Shown: piece after piece, positions 13,601 through 28,600 of the stretch
How the letters are laid out: the number at the start of each line of letters is the position of its first letter
Numbering within the stretch: the stretch's first letter is position 1
From: Phoronis australis
Taxonomy: Eukaryota > Animalia > Phoronida
Direction of reading: 5' to 3'
Length of the DNA: 64,000 bases
NCBI GenBank assembly: GCA_002633005.1
Contig: NMRA01000017.1
Location: forward strand, 1,611,475-1,675,474
Position numbers and translations under genes: made by a program
Notes under the pieces: generated by a model
Seen by the model: only the letters and a program-made list of their open reading frames with translations
What the model was told of the DNA's origin: nothing
Databases searched by the model: none

Positions 13601-16600
13601 GAAATGCCTCTAAAACTATCTTATAAGTAATACAAAAAGCATGGTCTGTAGTTTAAGATCACGTTTCTTTTTTGTCTCAAAACTATCAACTGAAGACGGT
13701 GAAATGGACAAGAAGACAAGATCCTGTGGAAAGTAGATATGGAACTCCAGGTGGGAAACACCTATAAGGTCTCAGGTTCGTCGCATCAGACTACAGGTCC
13801 TGTATTCTTGTTAGCCTACCCCTAGGACCGCACGAAGCAACGACTATCAAATCTGATTCAACTGACTTGTCATTTTTCGAAATGATTGGAGGATTTTCTT
13901 ATGGTCGCCGCAGACAGAGATCGAGTGCCACAGGGTACTGCTTGGGCGGCGCAGCACTGAAAAAATTGGAGGGCTAAAGCCCCCTCAGACCCCTGTGGTG
14001 CATCGCCTATTGACCACGCGTGGCGTAGCACTGAAAAAAGTGGGAGGTTATAGCCCCCCCCCAGTCCCCTATGGTGCGCCGCCCATGTCCCGGTGTCCTC
14101 AGTTGTCGGGTGTTGTACCTCAGACGGTACAAGGCGCGAATTAGTAACAAGACCACAAGTACACAGACCAGTGGATGATCAATCAAAATAAGGTCGCCGC
14201 ATATTCAATATTTTTAGGTCTACATAGGGGTAAAGCTCGTAACGCTAGGACTTCACTAAAAAGCAAGAATTCATGAAATTACGTGACATATTGTGTATTT
14301 TCAGTTGAAAACGTGATTTTGGCTAGATTTTTCTATTCCCAAGACAGCTACTGAACTCTACCCTAGTCTTCGTCCAGGGCCGCAAGGGTGAGAATCTCAC
14401 AGCACGCTAGTCTGAAGACTTCGAGACGTATGGTCAAGAATTGCAAGCGAAGCACACGATCACGCTAGCTTCTTTAGGCGAGATTCTTGCATCTGTGATG
14501 ATTATCAGAGATAGAGAATTTGTAAGGGTAGTGAAGCGTGGTTACGTAGGTGTATATTAGTTTTTGATATGTGTTATAGTACAGGCACTTACACAACACT
14601 AAGGCAGGGATGTAGTGCCCCTGTAGCAAATGCGTGTGCGGCACTGCGCCAGCGCGCCGTTCTGAGTGCTGGGCCTTACACCGCTTAACACATTACACGA
14701 ATGAACACTACCAAGAAGACACTGAAAAACGAAAGACGTTTGAACTGCAAACAGATTTTTAATGAAAAATTTTCGTTTCAACCCAAAAATTGCGTTGTCA
14801 GAAGCACGTCTGAATGTTAGTCTGTGGTGGCTCATTCCTTGCTAACTGTCCCATTCAAAATTATTAAGCAAGCCCAGAACGGCTGCACGAAGATTTCAAT
14901 CATTCGCCGGGATGCAGGTAAGTGGCAGCAAAACTTATTGTCCGGCGATAGTTGGGCATTTGCAAAGGCCAGGACGTTTTAAAATAAAAACGTTTCGTAA
15001 ACACGCAAGTTGATGTCAGGCGTGCATGTTCAATGTCACAGTCGGGAGTCGAACAGCACGGCCTATTTAAACCAGAGCACATGTTACGCTACAACGAAAA
15101 GTTGCAGCCTTCGGTGTATTTCCTATTTGTATTTTCATCAGAAATTTTCGTTAGGCGGAACTCGGTGATTCTTTTCATAGATAAAGCGCCAAACACAAGG
15201 TAAACGCAAGACAATCGAGTAACGGTCGTGACATCGTCAAGACAAGGTAAAAATTACAAACCCGTTATACCGATTCTCGGACTCGAGCCTTACACAGTAG
15301 TAATCATCCGTTGAACGCTTTAGTGACACGGGAGTTGCGTCGATCCCAAATTACCGTATCTAAAATTTTCCTTGTCCGAAAGTTGCGGGACAAAATTCTG
15401 ATGTTTATGACAATGTCCGAAATTCGAGGATCTTTGAAAAACAGTTTTTGGACCTTGTACGAATTTCGTGGACTATGAAAAACTCATGTCGTAAATATTT
15501 ATTCTTGGTCGAAAATGGCGGGCCGTCCGAAAATCACGCGACTTTACCGTAAATAATATGTCATTGCTGAAGTCATGTCACGAGGCATAGTGTTGGAGAT
15601 GCCAAGCAACTTTCATCTGCTTTACTCACTCATTTTTATTTGTTAGAAAACTTTTCACAACTTGGTTTTGTCACTCTTAACATTGAAAAGGCTATATTCA
15701 ATAAGTTTCTTTCAGTGCTTTGGGAACTTTGGTTTATCAAAGCTTCGCCGAAACTTCCCTTACCTTTCCGATTAGACAGCAATATCCACACCAAACAGCG
15801 CAGTTCATTCGTACACTCAAACAAATATTGAAAACTGGGTTCAACGCTAACTGAAAACTGTTTTCCTGCCATTTATGAGTTTTTATGAAAATGGTCAGTT
15901 CATTGTCATTTTTCATCAGATATGCTTTCTTTTACAATTACGTCCATCTATTGAGAGCACGTAGGCTACACTACAATAACAAAGAACACATTTTGTATAT
16001 CTTTGACGCGATCTCTACCGATAACTTCAACAAAGCTTTGGTTTGACTGATCCCACTATGCCAAAGTTTTGCTTTTAAATCCTATTTTCAGTGACGGTTC
16101 CCTGATTAACCTTTCCCATTTACCAAGGGTTTTGTAAAAGCAAAGTTTCACCTCGAATGCGAAAGCAACTTTTCAAAGAGCCAACTTAGACATATTCAAA
16201 GTTGATTACTTCAGGAACATTATTACACAAACAAAATTACTGGTTACATAATTTAAGCTTGCATCCAACTCTGCATCTGAATCAAATTTAACTGCAAAGA
16301 ATAAGCTGTTTTTGTTATAAATTCTAAGTCAACTAGTATAAGCTAATCTTGTGTTGCATTATCTGTTGTTTTACCTAAAATGCAAACAAACATGCAGTAA
16401 GTGCAGTTGACCTTGCCAGGATTGTCACTATAACCAGCCAAGGTCTACAGCACACTGTGAGGCTTTACACTGAGGCTCATAGGGAAAAGGTGTAACAAAT
16501 TTCACAAAAGTCTTTCAAAACTCTGAAAACGTGATATGGAGGTCAATTAACAAAAAAGAGCAAATTCTGAGTACTTACGCAAAAACCATGTCACGCTCTT

Positions 16601-19600
16601 CTGCGCTCATATTTCGACGCTGAGGATGGTTCACATAGAGTTTATACGCCTGCTCTCGCACTGTGTCGTAGTAGTCATTAAGGGCTATGTCCATTAGTAC
16701 TGCAGCACTCTACATAATTGAACAACAGCAAGTCGAACCCTTGATGCGTTAGCCTGCTCCCACATTTAACATGAACCATTTATGCCATGGACATTTCAAC
16801 CAGAACTGTTTTGTAATCGCCAATTTATAACAGATATGATTTGTGCAAGAGAGACTGTGGTTAAACATCACTTGTCAAGTTGGGCACGTATCATTTATCC
16901 ATTTTCGGAACATAATGCCATCATAAAGGTCATTTACTTTCAGCAAATCTGTTTCATCTCATTCCTTACTCAGATTAGAATGGATTTCTGGGCTTGAGTA
17001 AACAGGCACATGCATGCAACGGCGGGTTTAAGTTTCAGCCAGCTAGCCAGTATGGCTGACAGGAAAGTTGCAAGTTATTTATTGTAACCAAGTTCAATCC
17101 TCACTTGATTCACTGCGTAACTCTTTTGTACACTGAAGTAAAGAAACAAATTTTGACATATCATATACTTGGTGAAATGCAGGAAGGCCAAATAACATAC
17201 TTCTGAACTGAGACGGACAAGTGCACATTACCAGCAATATTGAAACTGTGAACTGCGCATGCGCAAAAATCACTCAGTTAGCCCCCTCTGGGATACATGG
17301 GATTCGCAGAAAACACAGCGGGTGGGGTCTTATTTATGAACCAATCACATAATTTTGCCAACAGCACAACATAGATAAGTACTTTATTAAAAACGTGGCC
17401 AAGTTTCAGCAAAATTGGAAGAAATTTTTAATGTTTAACATGGTATGGCCAAAGTCTCGATTTATTTTGTCGCTTCTATAAGTGAAATCGACACTGAAAA
17501 CCCGAAAGTGGATGTGAGAAAACGATAATTTTCGACCGAGCCTTTCATGAGCAGTTAGTTGCCGATAGACCCAACAGATGTCAATATAATCAAGATTGAA
17601 ATACAGGAGTTTGAAGAAAATTAGACAAAAAAGTGTATTTAACATGGGGTGACCGAAAATTGCCAATTTTGGCCTTTTGATATCACTTTAGTTTATCATA
17701 GACTATCATCAGTGGGTCTAGTTAATTCGAAGTTTTTAGTTAAATCACTGATAATGTTCACACCAGTATATTTAATAAATGTTTGCTTTAAATATAACAG
17801 TTTGATTGCAACGCTCTTAGCAGTGCGTTTAGCAGCGACTGAAAATTTTTTTTCTTGAAATATATTCTATTCTCAATAACACATAAAAATATCAATGTGT
17901 CAACATGAACAATGACTAATCAGTGAGGAACTTGCTGAATGATTTGTGATGCAAAAACCTACCTCAGGCAGACTCGGAAAAAATTGACATCTTGTCGTTG
18001 CCTTTTCACAACATTTAGTAGAACCTTAACGCAAGCCACTGTCACATTGATAAACTAATTATTGTTAGCATTGTCACATGGATACTTTCAAGTGGCGTTG
18101 ATAATGGAATGCATATTTTAAGTTGATTTGACAAAACATATACCCCCACAAAACCATTCTGTTTGGGAAATCGCTCCCCATGCGGAAGGGTTCCGCATTC
18201 AGAACAGTTCCGCAACTGTCACTTTTATTAATTAACTATTGTTAGGTAATAATTCTGATAATTTTTTATGTTTAACGCTTGTTGCACGTTAAGATTTTAA
18301 TATTTCATGGCTTGTGTTAAGGTTCTACCAAAAGCGGTCAAATGGCATAGACAAGATGTCAATTTTTCTTGAGTCTGCTTGAGGTAGGTTTCTGGATAAC
18401 AACTCATTCAGCAAGTTCCCCACTGATTAATCATTGTTCATGTTGACACATTGATATTTTCATGGGTTATTGAGAATAGAATACATTTCAACTTGAACGT
18501 GCAAGAAAATTTTCAAAAAATTGTGAGCTCCACAAAACTATTGTTTGCGGAACGGTTTCGCATGCGCAATGGTTCCGCAACTGTCACATTGATGAACTAA
18601 TTATTATTAGGATCGTCACATTGATACTTTCAAGTGGTATTGGTTATGGAATGCATTTTAACCTGATTGGGCATTAGAATTAAAAAAAATTGAGTGCTCC
18701 AAAGATTCTGTTTGCGGAATCGTTCCGCATGTGGAACAGTTCTGCAACCATTACATTGATTCATTATAGAGAGTGGGCACATTATTCTTCATGTTTATTG
18801 GGCCAGAAAATTAAAAATTTTAGTCCTGTGTTAAACATTTCTGTTTGTGGAGCCTTTCTGCAACTGTCACATTCAACTTTATGTGCGGAATATTAGGCAT
18901 GGCAAAAATTGAACTTCTAATTAAGAAAATGCTAATGAAGGAAATAAAAAATGTAACATTGTAAACATGTTTAGGGTAAGGTATAGATTTGTTTCATAAA
19001 ATTTTTTATGGCCCTAAGTGGATATAAAAAAGTGCAGAACCATTCCGCACACTTTGAGACTAAATAAGTTAGTCTCATTTGACAGTATTGCGGGCATGGT
19101 TTCAAACTGAAAGGAGTCATCACAAGTTGAATTTATGAGAATTGTACTGTTGCGTTGCAAAAAACTAGTCGACTGAGGTAGTGCAAGATAAGGCTACGGG
19201 TAAAAAGGACCGCTTTGAGTTGCTTACAATTGGTAACCCTTGATATTGGCCAGACATCTTTAAAGATATGTTTTGTCTTTCCTTTTAACGCAATATATTT
19301 GAACTTCTGGTAATTTTGGACTACTATGCGTCACAAAATCAAGAACAACCTTCCTGGTGATTCTCTCGATTAGACAAGCGGAGTATGAAGCGCTGACTGG
19401 TCCATAAGCGATGACCTAGTTTACACAGAGAACCTAGTGGATGACCTAATTTATGTATTGCTGGTAATGAGAACGATTATCATGCCTGTACGTGAACTTT
19501 CCAATTTTTTTCAAGTAACTCATTATACAACAGTGAAGCTTCATTGGAATCAGAGGGACAATGGGGAAAATAATCTCGAATGTCATAGTGGCAGCAGTGG

Positions 19601-22600
19601 ACAACTGTGGGGCAAGTCACCTACAAACATGCACCATTGTGAGTAAATACCAAAGAATTAGAGAGTGTACTGTCAGTTCAAGAAGACACTATTCAGACGA
19701 CAGATACGAGTGAAATGCAGATCATGCTTTGGAACGATATTACACTTATGAATAAAGTTGGTGTTTTTAACACCAGATCATGGTTTGTATTTAGTCTGAA
19801 ATCACAGACCAACTTCAAGTACATTTTTGACAGCTAAAACCTTGAACTCATATGGAATTCTTACTCACTACACCAGCATTAGTGAGTTTGATGTTCACTG
19901 TTGTAGCACAATGAATGTTCACGTCACATGAGTCTGTTAGAATTAAGAATAAGGTAAACTTCCCTTTCGGAGTCATTAAGTTTATTGAAACCACGAGCTT
20001 TTGGTCTCCATGTCGTGAACACATCCACTAAAACAAGAAACTGCAGGAACACCGCATTTATCCACCTTCACTCTTATCAGGCTTCTATTGTGAGTCAGCA
20101 TGCGTGAATAATTGGCTGATAAGCCACCTCTGGAACTACTTTTGGCTGAATGGATGACCAGGCCATAAAATGATAATATTAGCCAAGACCAGTTACTAAT
20201 GCAACAAAGAATAATGTCGTAGTATCACCTAGCCTTGGTGGAAAGCTGTATACTGTATTGGCTCTAATAAACGCTTAGAAAAAATCATTTCACGGGGAGG
20301 GGATTCTTATTGTAGCCTACGGCAGTTGAAAGCCGGTTTCCCAAACGGGTAAAATCGGAAGCTAGGATTCATAAAATTTACGCTTTGTGACGAATTTTTA
20401 GCCTATGACAGTCTTTCTACAAAATTGTGGTGCATTGCTATGAACTTCCGTTGTTAAATTACGATAATTTTTCAAAAAATTGTGCTCATCACAGGGCGAA
20501 AACTTGCCGACTGATGCGTCGCCGCTGAATCGCCATCGTCAATAGGAAAACTTGTACTCTTGAATAAAAATATAGTTTCGACTCAACAAATTACCTGAAA
20601 TCTTCCTGATGTTTTACAATTTTTAAAGTTCATGTGGAGTCCAGATTAATTGCGATTAAGTCCAAATGTGCGCTACATCGTACTCCACAACAAGAGAAAA
20701 ATCTCTGGATGAACACACATGTTGTTGTCACGTGACGTTTGTTTTGAAGGTCGTCTGTGTATGAGAGTGAGTGAGCGTGCGTGTGCGGGTCATCGACGAT
20801 AGACTTTTTTGTTACAAAAGGCGGAGGATTATGCAAGAAAATGGCGTTTACTAGATTGTTTTTCACTTAAACGGCTGTAACGTGCAAGGTGAGTGCTGGT
20901 TAACTCACAGATTTTGTGTGCACAGGCCGACTGTCGTTAGCTCTGCCGTGGAGTATTAATAGTCCAAGGCTCGATCTACATGTTGGGGACGAAATGAACT
21001 ACCCGGGCTGTGTGAAATTTCTGGGTCTAACGGAGACACTGACGCAGTGGTCAGTCAGATCGCTGTATCAAGACTATAGTCAAAATCCAAATTCGTTTTA
21101 TCGTGTCCCTGTCAATAATAACGGCATGTTAAAGCCTTCTTAATTTTCGTACTTCAGGAACATAACAATCACGTGTTTTGTACACATACGCGCACGCCGC
21201 AGATCACATCTCGGAAATTGCCGATTTGACGGATGACAATGAATGAACACAATGAAATTAACAACGTCGTTTTACAGCTTGTAAGATTCATAATAAAAGT
21301 ATTTTGAATATTGCAATGCATGTGTTCCAAAATCTAAATAACTTGGGTCCTATATTTTTGTATTAGTGCGCGCCGAATGAAAGTAATCGTGAGTGTTGCT
21401 GTGTTGCAAAATCTCTTATCCTGGGCCGATTTGAAAAATTCAAAGTTGTACTCATATTTGTTTTCGCTCCTCTTTTCAAATATTACAGTAAAAACTACGT
21501 AAAACTCTCACCATAAAAAGTACAGTCTGCTAGCTAGATTGTAATCAGCTGATCATATCCGCATGAGCGAAGCCAATTATCCTCGCTCGTGACTCGATGA
21601 CTAGAGCAGCCTGGCGGCATCCCTTTGATCGTGAGCCGAGTGCGACTCAGCCAAGGTGGATAAATACGGTCTAGTTCAATTTTCCATACCCCGCCGTTTA
21701 CCTTAACCACTGGGGTTAGAACCAATTTTATTTAGTGGGAATGTTCATAGCATGTCATCTCAAGACCTTTATAGGGCGGAATGGCGGGTAACTGGATCCT
21801 TGCCTATGTCTATTTATTTTTAACATCCTTGTCATCTGATATGTCACCTCCCTTATGAAAAAACTTAAGGAAGTTCTCATCCTGAAAGCCAGTAAGAACC
21901 TCACTAGATTCCAGTGAGCATCCAGTGAGAATCTAACTAAACACGATGCTATTCAAATTAGTGAGAAAAAAATCTCATTCTAGTGAGAATACAGTGATAT
22001 TCCAGTTAGAATTCAGTGAGAATCTAACAAATTTGCATAGCATTCCCACTCAGCGAGAACTTGTCTTACTTAAAATTTCACTTCGTGGAAATCTCACTGG
22101 GTGGGATTTTGTGTGTGCATTTTTTATAGTCATTGATTGAATAGATGAGAGTTCAAAGCTTTATTGGTAACCAAAACACTGCAGCTGATTTTTGTGAGTT
22201 CATTTTGAAATTTGATTAAAGGTACACTTTAATTGCAATTATGAAATACAGCAGACATAAACTAACAATTTTATTGCTTTTGGTGAATCAGCAAATCAGC
22301 TGTCAACACAGAATGAAGATATAGCATTCATGAACTCTACTAGATGTATGAAATGTTCTAACCTTAAGCTTATTAACACACAAATTCAGTCTAGGGGCCC
22401 CTCTGGTCGACTTGCAGACAAACTGATCAGTAATTTCACAATAGTTGTGAGAAAAACGTCCACAATCTTCAAACTATTTCTCTATCAACTGTTCATTCCT
22501 GGCACCATTTTAGTTTGAATTCAGAAATCTGGTCCAACAGAAATTTCCACAGGAACAGCCAATGAGGGTGTTTGTTTATCTTAAATACTCACTAATTCTC

Positions 22601-25600
22601 ACTTTAATTTTTGCAAGTCAAAATTCTCAATCAAATCTCACTCAGAAATTTTCTAAGTCTGAAATTCTAACTGGATTCTCACTCAAAAATTTCCTAAGAC
22701 CCAAATTCTCACTAGACTCTCACTCAGAATTTTTCTAAGACCACAATTCTCACTGGATTCTCACTGTTACATAACATTTTCTCACTATTTTCTCAATGAC
22801 TGCCCCAGTTATTCAATTCCCACTGGGTTCTCACTGGCATTTCTAACCATAATAGGCGATTAAGTGAGAAATCAATCTAACTGGAATCTAACTGGAATCC
22901 AATGAGATTCTCACTTTCTTTTTCATTCTGTCGGATTGTCAGGAATAAGTTATGTTAGAGGTGGGAAGATTGTAGCCCAAATCTCTATTGAGTGATGGAG
23001 CCTGCCAACGAATTTCCACGACTTCACGTACGTTTCTACACCAGTATTTTGTTCTCTGTCACCAAGACAGTAGCATCATCTGAAGAGACGTTGTGATATC
23101 TGAAAATAGTATTCACCAATCCCTGAAAGACAGCTTGACGATGTACTCAGGTGTCAATCCTAAGTTCCTAGCAGTCTCACTCACATCAGTTGCATTGCAG
23201 TCAGAGCAGCTTGTTGATCATGTAGAAAACACCACATTAAGGTCCTTAGGATGAACCAGTAGACTCCTCAGGGTGTTAAACAATTTGTGGTATGCGCATT
23301 GTGAACTTATACCTGAACGTTCTGTCTAACCATCTCTTACAACATTAAAGATCAGTGGCACATGCTCCTTTACAATACGCTGACAACCTAGTCACCCAAC
23401 CAGAAGATAAGTGTAAGGAGCGTACATGAGTCAGGAACGTTCTCAGAGGCAACCATCATGAGACATGTATTTTTGACATCAGCCATAACCCAAGTGGACA
23501 GTCTGAGTACAATACTCATGTCACCATACCCTCTGTCCACGGTGTTTCTAAGAAAGTGACCAAAATTTTCTGTGAACACTAAGTCTCTACACAAATCATT
23601 TAAAACCCTGAGGAGGCCATTGGTTCATTCTAAGGACAAGCGTGAGGACTGCCGTAAATGCAGTGTTATCTACAAGATTCACAGCCATGACTGCAATTCA
23701 AGTTATGTAGGTGAGGCTGCTAGGAACCTCAGCACTGGGATTCAGGAACACCTGAGTACATCATCCGGCTCTGTGTCAGCGAAAGGTGAACAGTTTTCAG
23801 ATATCACACAACATCTCTTCAGTTAATGCTACCGTCTCGGTGAGAGAGAACAAATAGTGGTACAAGAAGAAAAAGTGAAGCAGTAGAAATCCAGTTGCAC
23901 ACTTCATCACTCAATACAGAGACTTAGGCTACGAATTTCCTGCCATCAACCAGAACTTATTCCCAACAATGCCGCAGAGGTCACACCGCATCACACAATG
24001 ACAAAGATGACGTAACAGACACGGGCAAGGCTCCAGTTACTAACCATTCCACCCGTCTCAAGATGAGACCAAAACTTTTCTAGTGGTTTCAAAAAACTTT
24101 ATGACTATGAAAGCCGGTAACTTTACATTATCCATTGTGATTTTAGGATTATAAGGACAACAGATATCAAGTAGTATATGATGAGAAGAGTTAAATAGAT
24201 TATACATACTTGTCTACACGTGTACCATCTGAGAGCACTGATACCAGACCTTCGCCATGCTGAATGGCCTATGTTTGGCTGGGAGTATGACAAAATGTGG
24301 TTGAGAGCTCGTGGGTGACCAGTGTTTCCCAGAGCTTCTATCAAGACCATCTTCGTTAGTTTATATTTCTCGTGAGTTTCATTGTGATGTGGTACAGATC
24401 GCCTTATTCTGTGGCTGGCATGCTCCATTGTACCTTTAAATATGATATTGAGACGTCATGTTTATGCTATATTCTAGTATCATTTTTGTTTTCCACATGG
24501 CCAAAAACTAACATTATTTACTAGTCTGAATGAATTTCTACATCATGGTCATATGTTTTCGACACTTTCTTTCTCCAAAATTTTATTGTCGGCCAGAGGA
24601 AAAACACAAAATACTTTTTTGATTTAAAGTCATCCAATTTTAAACGAACTTTTACACAAGTGGTTTAATACGAGCATGTAAAATTCACAAACTACAGACA
24701 TTTTGTAATGGAGAAATTGAATGTTTCCACCCTTAGCTAATGGTCTTTTTCAACGAATGGGTTTCGTACGTCTCGTTTACCCAAATCCAGAATTAGGTCA
24801 TATACATGGGGGAGCTGCAGTCCGTTGTCGCTATTCATGTTGGTTTATCTGGTCTTGATGCAGATGACCTCCTTAACTGAAAGTACAGTGCCACTGGCAT
24901 AGAAGATCACGCCCTCAACACTGGTCATGAAACTCTTGACAGAGACAATGTTCAGGTTCTCGATCATGTTGGTTTATCTGGTCTTGATGCAGATGACCTC
25001 CTTAACTGAAAGTACAGTGCCACTGGCATAGAAGATCACGCCCTCAACACTGGTCATGAAACTCTTGACAGAGACAATGTTCAGGTTCTAACCAGAGAAG
25101 AGCACTGGTATTAATCCCATAGAGTTCAGGAATTGTCTGCATCAAGACTAGACAGCCCAACACAAATAGGGACCAAAGATTTTATCTACCCCCATTTTTA
25201 TCACCTAATTCTTGATCTATGTCCCAGAGACACGCGAAATCCGTTTGTTGTAGAAGACCCTTAGCTGAAGGTTCGAATTCTCCAAAACAAATTTCGTAGT
25301 GTGTAAAATTTACTTCCTCAACATCGTCACGAATAAACCTATTCTGTCGCAGGGTTAATAGGTTTGTCCATTTTAAAAATGTTTCATGTGTCATCTAATT
25401 AAAAGATTTATGGGACAGTTTTGAGCAATTGGCCTTATATGCGCATACTTGACCAAATACTTCAAAACTTTGTCCACTACTCAAGATTAGAATAGGCTTG
25501 GCTGTCACGCAAATAACACAGAAGATGAGGATCAGAACTGCACTAATTGAGATATCTCAGAATGGTTCTAATAGATAATGTTTGACAAACTGACATCACT

Positions 25601-28600
25601 TACTGCCGTCATTAGTACGGAGCCAATTTGCAAGCTCAATCACAATCTCTGCAGCCAACTTAGGCTTGGTTGGTGCCACTGTTTTCACCAGAGCACCAAG
25701 AGTAAGGCAAGCTCGATGAGTCTGCTTGGTGTTGTTGTGAGTGCCTGATGAAAAAAGTTAAAATTGTCCATAAATGTGGGCAAGTTAGAGAAAGGAGTGT
25801 GCCAACAGCACAGGCAGAAAAAATTACAATACAGTAATTGTAATTAAGTTGGGAACTCATGCCATCTGTTTCAAACAGTGCTGTAGTGGTAAAATTAGAG
25901 GTATGTAACTAGGCACCCAAAGCCCACCGTATCAACTTGAGCACTCATAACTTACGGTGTGTAGAAGCTACAGTTAAAGGCTAAAAGGTAGTTGGCTGCG
26001 CCTGCATGTGCCCACACCCCACTACTGCGCTGTGACAGCACTGATTTCAAAATTTCAATAGTTGGCTATTTGTACAGTTTGCATCAAGTTTTGCACGGTC
26101 TCAGCAAGGAGCCAACAATTATCTGAAAAAACGCATGTGCACTTATGACAACTGCCTAACAGTCGAGTTCATACAGAAATGTTAGGAAACACCATGACTA
26201 TTCCATCAATTGAACAAGTCAGAATCTATGCGGATGACATTGGAACTTAGCGTTAGAAAAAATTTCCCGTAAGTGATTGTGTAGTGCTATCACATAGCGG
26301 AGAATAGTGCACTAAAGGATTAGCATAAATAAATTGTGATTCAGTGTTGACTTCGTAGCTCAAAATGCTTTATCTTAGGGTGACTCAGTTGACCCATTTC
26401 CCAAAAAATGCTTCGAATGTGCAATCCCATCACACCACCAATCAAGTCTAAGACTGACATCTCCTTCTAATCAGCATAATTTTGGTGAAACTGAATAGGA
26501 ATTCGTAAATACAGTCATACTCATTTGACACAAATGGAATTCAAAATACGTTTAAATAGAAACCAGGGGGATAACACGACAGTGACCTTTAACTGGTCCC
26601 ACTTCTGACGTTGATTGCCATTGTAGAATTAAAAATACTCAATTTGGAACTGAATTTAATAATTAAAATTAAACTTAAATCATAAATAATTTCATAACGG
26701 TAGTTCGAAGACAACTTTGTGATAACAATTAAGTCACTACCCAACACTTTTACACACTGATATGTCTGAGAATGGTAAAAAACAAAACTGGTATTTACAG
26801 CTTACTGCTCCTAACCACATTTAGCTACGCCACAACCTGTGGTCAAACCACCAAGTTGAACACACCTGAGAAAGGCAACTGTGACAAGCTTTTTCGGAAA
26901 CCAAAATTTTATCAATCATTCTGTCTCATAGACTGGCATGTCAACAAACCAACAGAAAACTGAAAGTGACTACTGCTCCAAACTTTTTGTAAGAACTCTT
27001 GAAAAGTCCTCCAGGAAAAACAAGAGGAAAGCAGAGCGTCGAAATGCGCTAATGAATGCACCGCAAACGATGTGCTTCTAGGGTTGTTCATTTCAATAAT
27101 GAAAATTGGCACTAGATGGCGTAAAACGTCCATTCCATCTGAAAACGGAACATGCTATTGGTTCTTTAATAGAAAGCTATTAACCAAATTTCCAAAAAAC
27201 CTGTCGAGAAACTTCAGAGAAGCAAAGGAATGAGGAAAAAATGAAACTGGCACTAGGGGGCGCAACCTCGGCCTCAAAGTCGTCGTCTGTTGTAAGCTTC
27301 ATATAAATACACTTACTAAATTTAACAAAGATCCTGCATCGGGTTTAGGAGATACAGCTACGGCCGCAAAACAATACAAAACAAAACAATCACTAGGAGG
27401 TGCCACAGTAACCAAAGTTGTCAGCATAACCTACCTCTTCACACTGAGTACACGCCAATTTTCAAAATCATTCTTCAAAGGGTTTGGTTGATAGAGGGGT
27501 GGACACCAAAATACAGACTCGAAAACAGTGAAAATGGCCGTTAGGTGGCGCAAAATACCTAGAATGCATCCGAAAATGGGAGGATAGTGTCACCTCACAA
27601 ATAGGTGCCTATATTCCACATTTTATGAAAATACGTTGATGACCTTTGAAGGTACAAAGATAAACGTAAAAAACTAAAACTGCCGCTAGGGGTGCACCGG
27701 TTATTTGATTTCGTGCGAAAGTCGCCACTGTCGCCACCATCAAATAAATACACTTGCTAAGTCTAGTAAAGATCCTGCAAACGGTTTAGGAGATATAGCC
27801 ATGGGCGCAAAAAATGAAACTGCAACTAGGATGCACCACAGTAGTCAAAGTCGTCGGAAAATCCCCGTCAGCCATTCTCTTGATGGTAAGAACATACAAG
27901 CCAATTTTCAAAATCATCCTTAGAATGGTTTGGTTGATAGAGGGGTGGACGACAAAAACCAGAATTGTAAAAATGGCCACTAGGTGGCGCAAACTACCTT
28001 GAATCCATCCGAAAATGAGAGGATAGTTTCATCTCACTAATAGATGCCTATATTCCAAATTTTATGAAAATACGTTGAGGAGTTCCGAAGATACAGAGGT
28101 AAGCGTAAAAAAATAAAATTGCCACTAGGGGGCACACTAGTAGTCAGAGAGGTCTGAAATTCATAGTCATCGGTTGTGAGCTTCCTAGGAACACAACTGC
28201 AAATCTCATCAAGATCCTGTGAGGTGTTTAGGAGATACAGCTATGGACGCTGGACACCGGACGCCCAGACAGACACAGATGACGGCAATATGCGACCACA
28301 CATAAATATGTAGGTGCATTAGAATGTGGTGTTGAGCTCTGGATTTAATTCTCCTGAATTCGTATGCAAGTTGGTTCATTTACATCTTAATACTAAAAAA
28401 CAAAGAGAACTTTACCATGATATTCGTTTTGTTTGCCAACACAAAGCTCTCGCACAACCTTGATGGTTTCCTGGAAACAAAAAAGTGAGTTCCTTAAACT
28501 CTAATGTTAATAAATGAATCACTGAATTTAGTTTATAAAAAAAAACAGTGCAGGTGGTCTGATGTCATTTGCGGTGCTTCAGACGTGCGCTGGCCTCATG

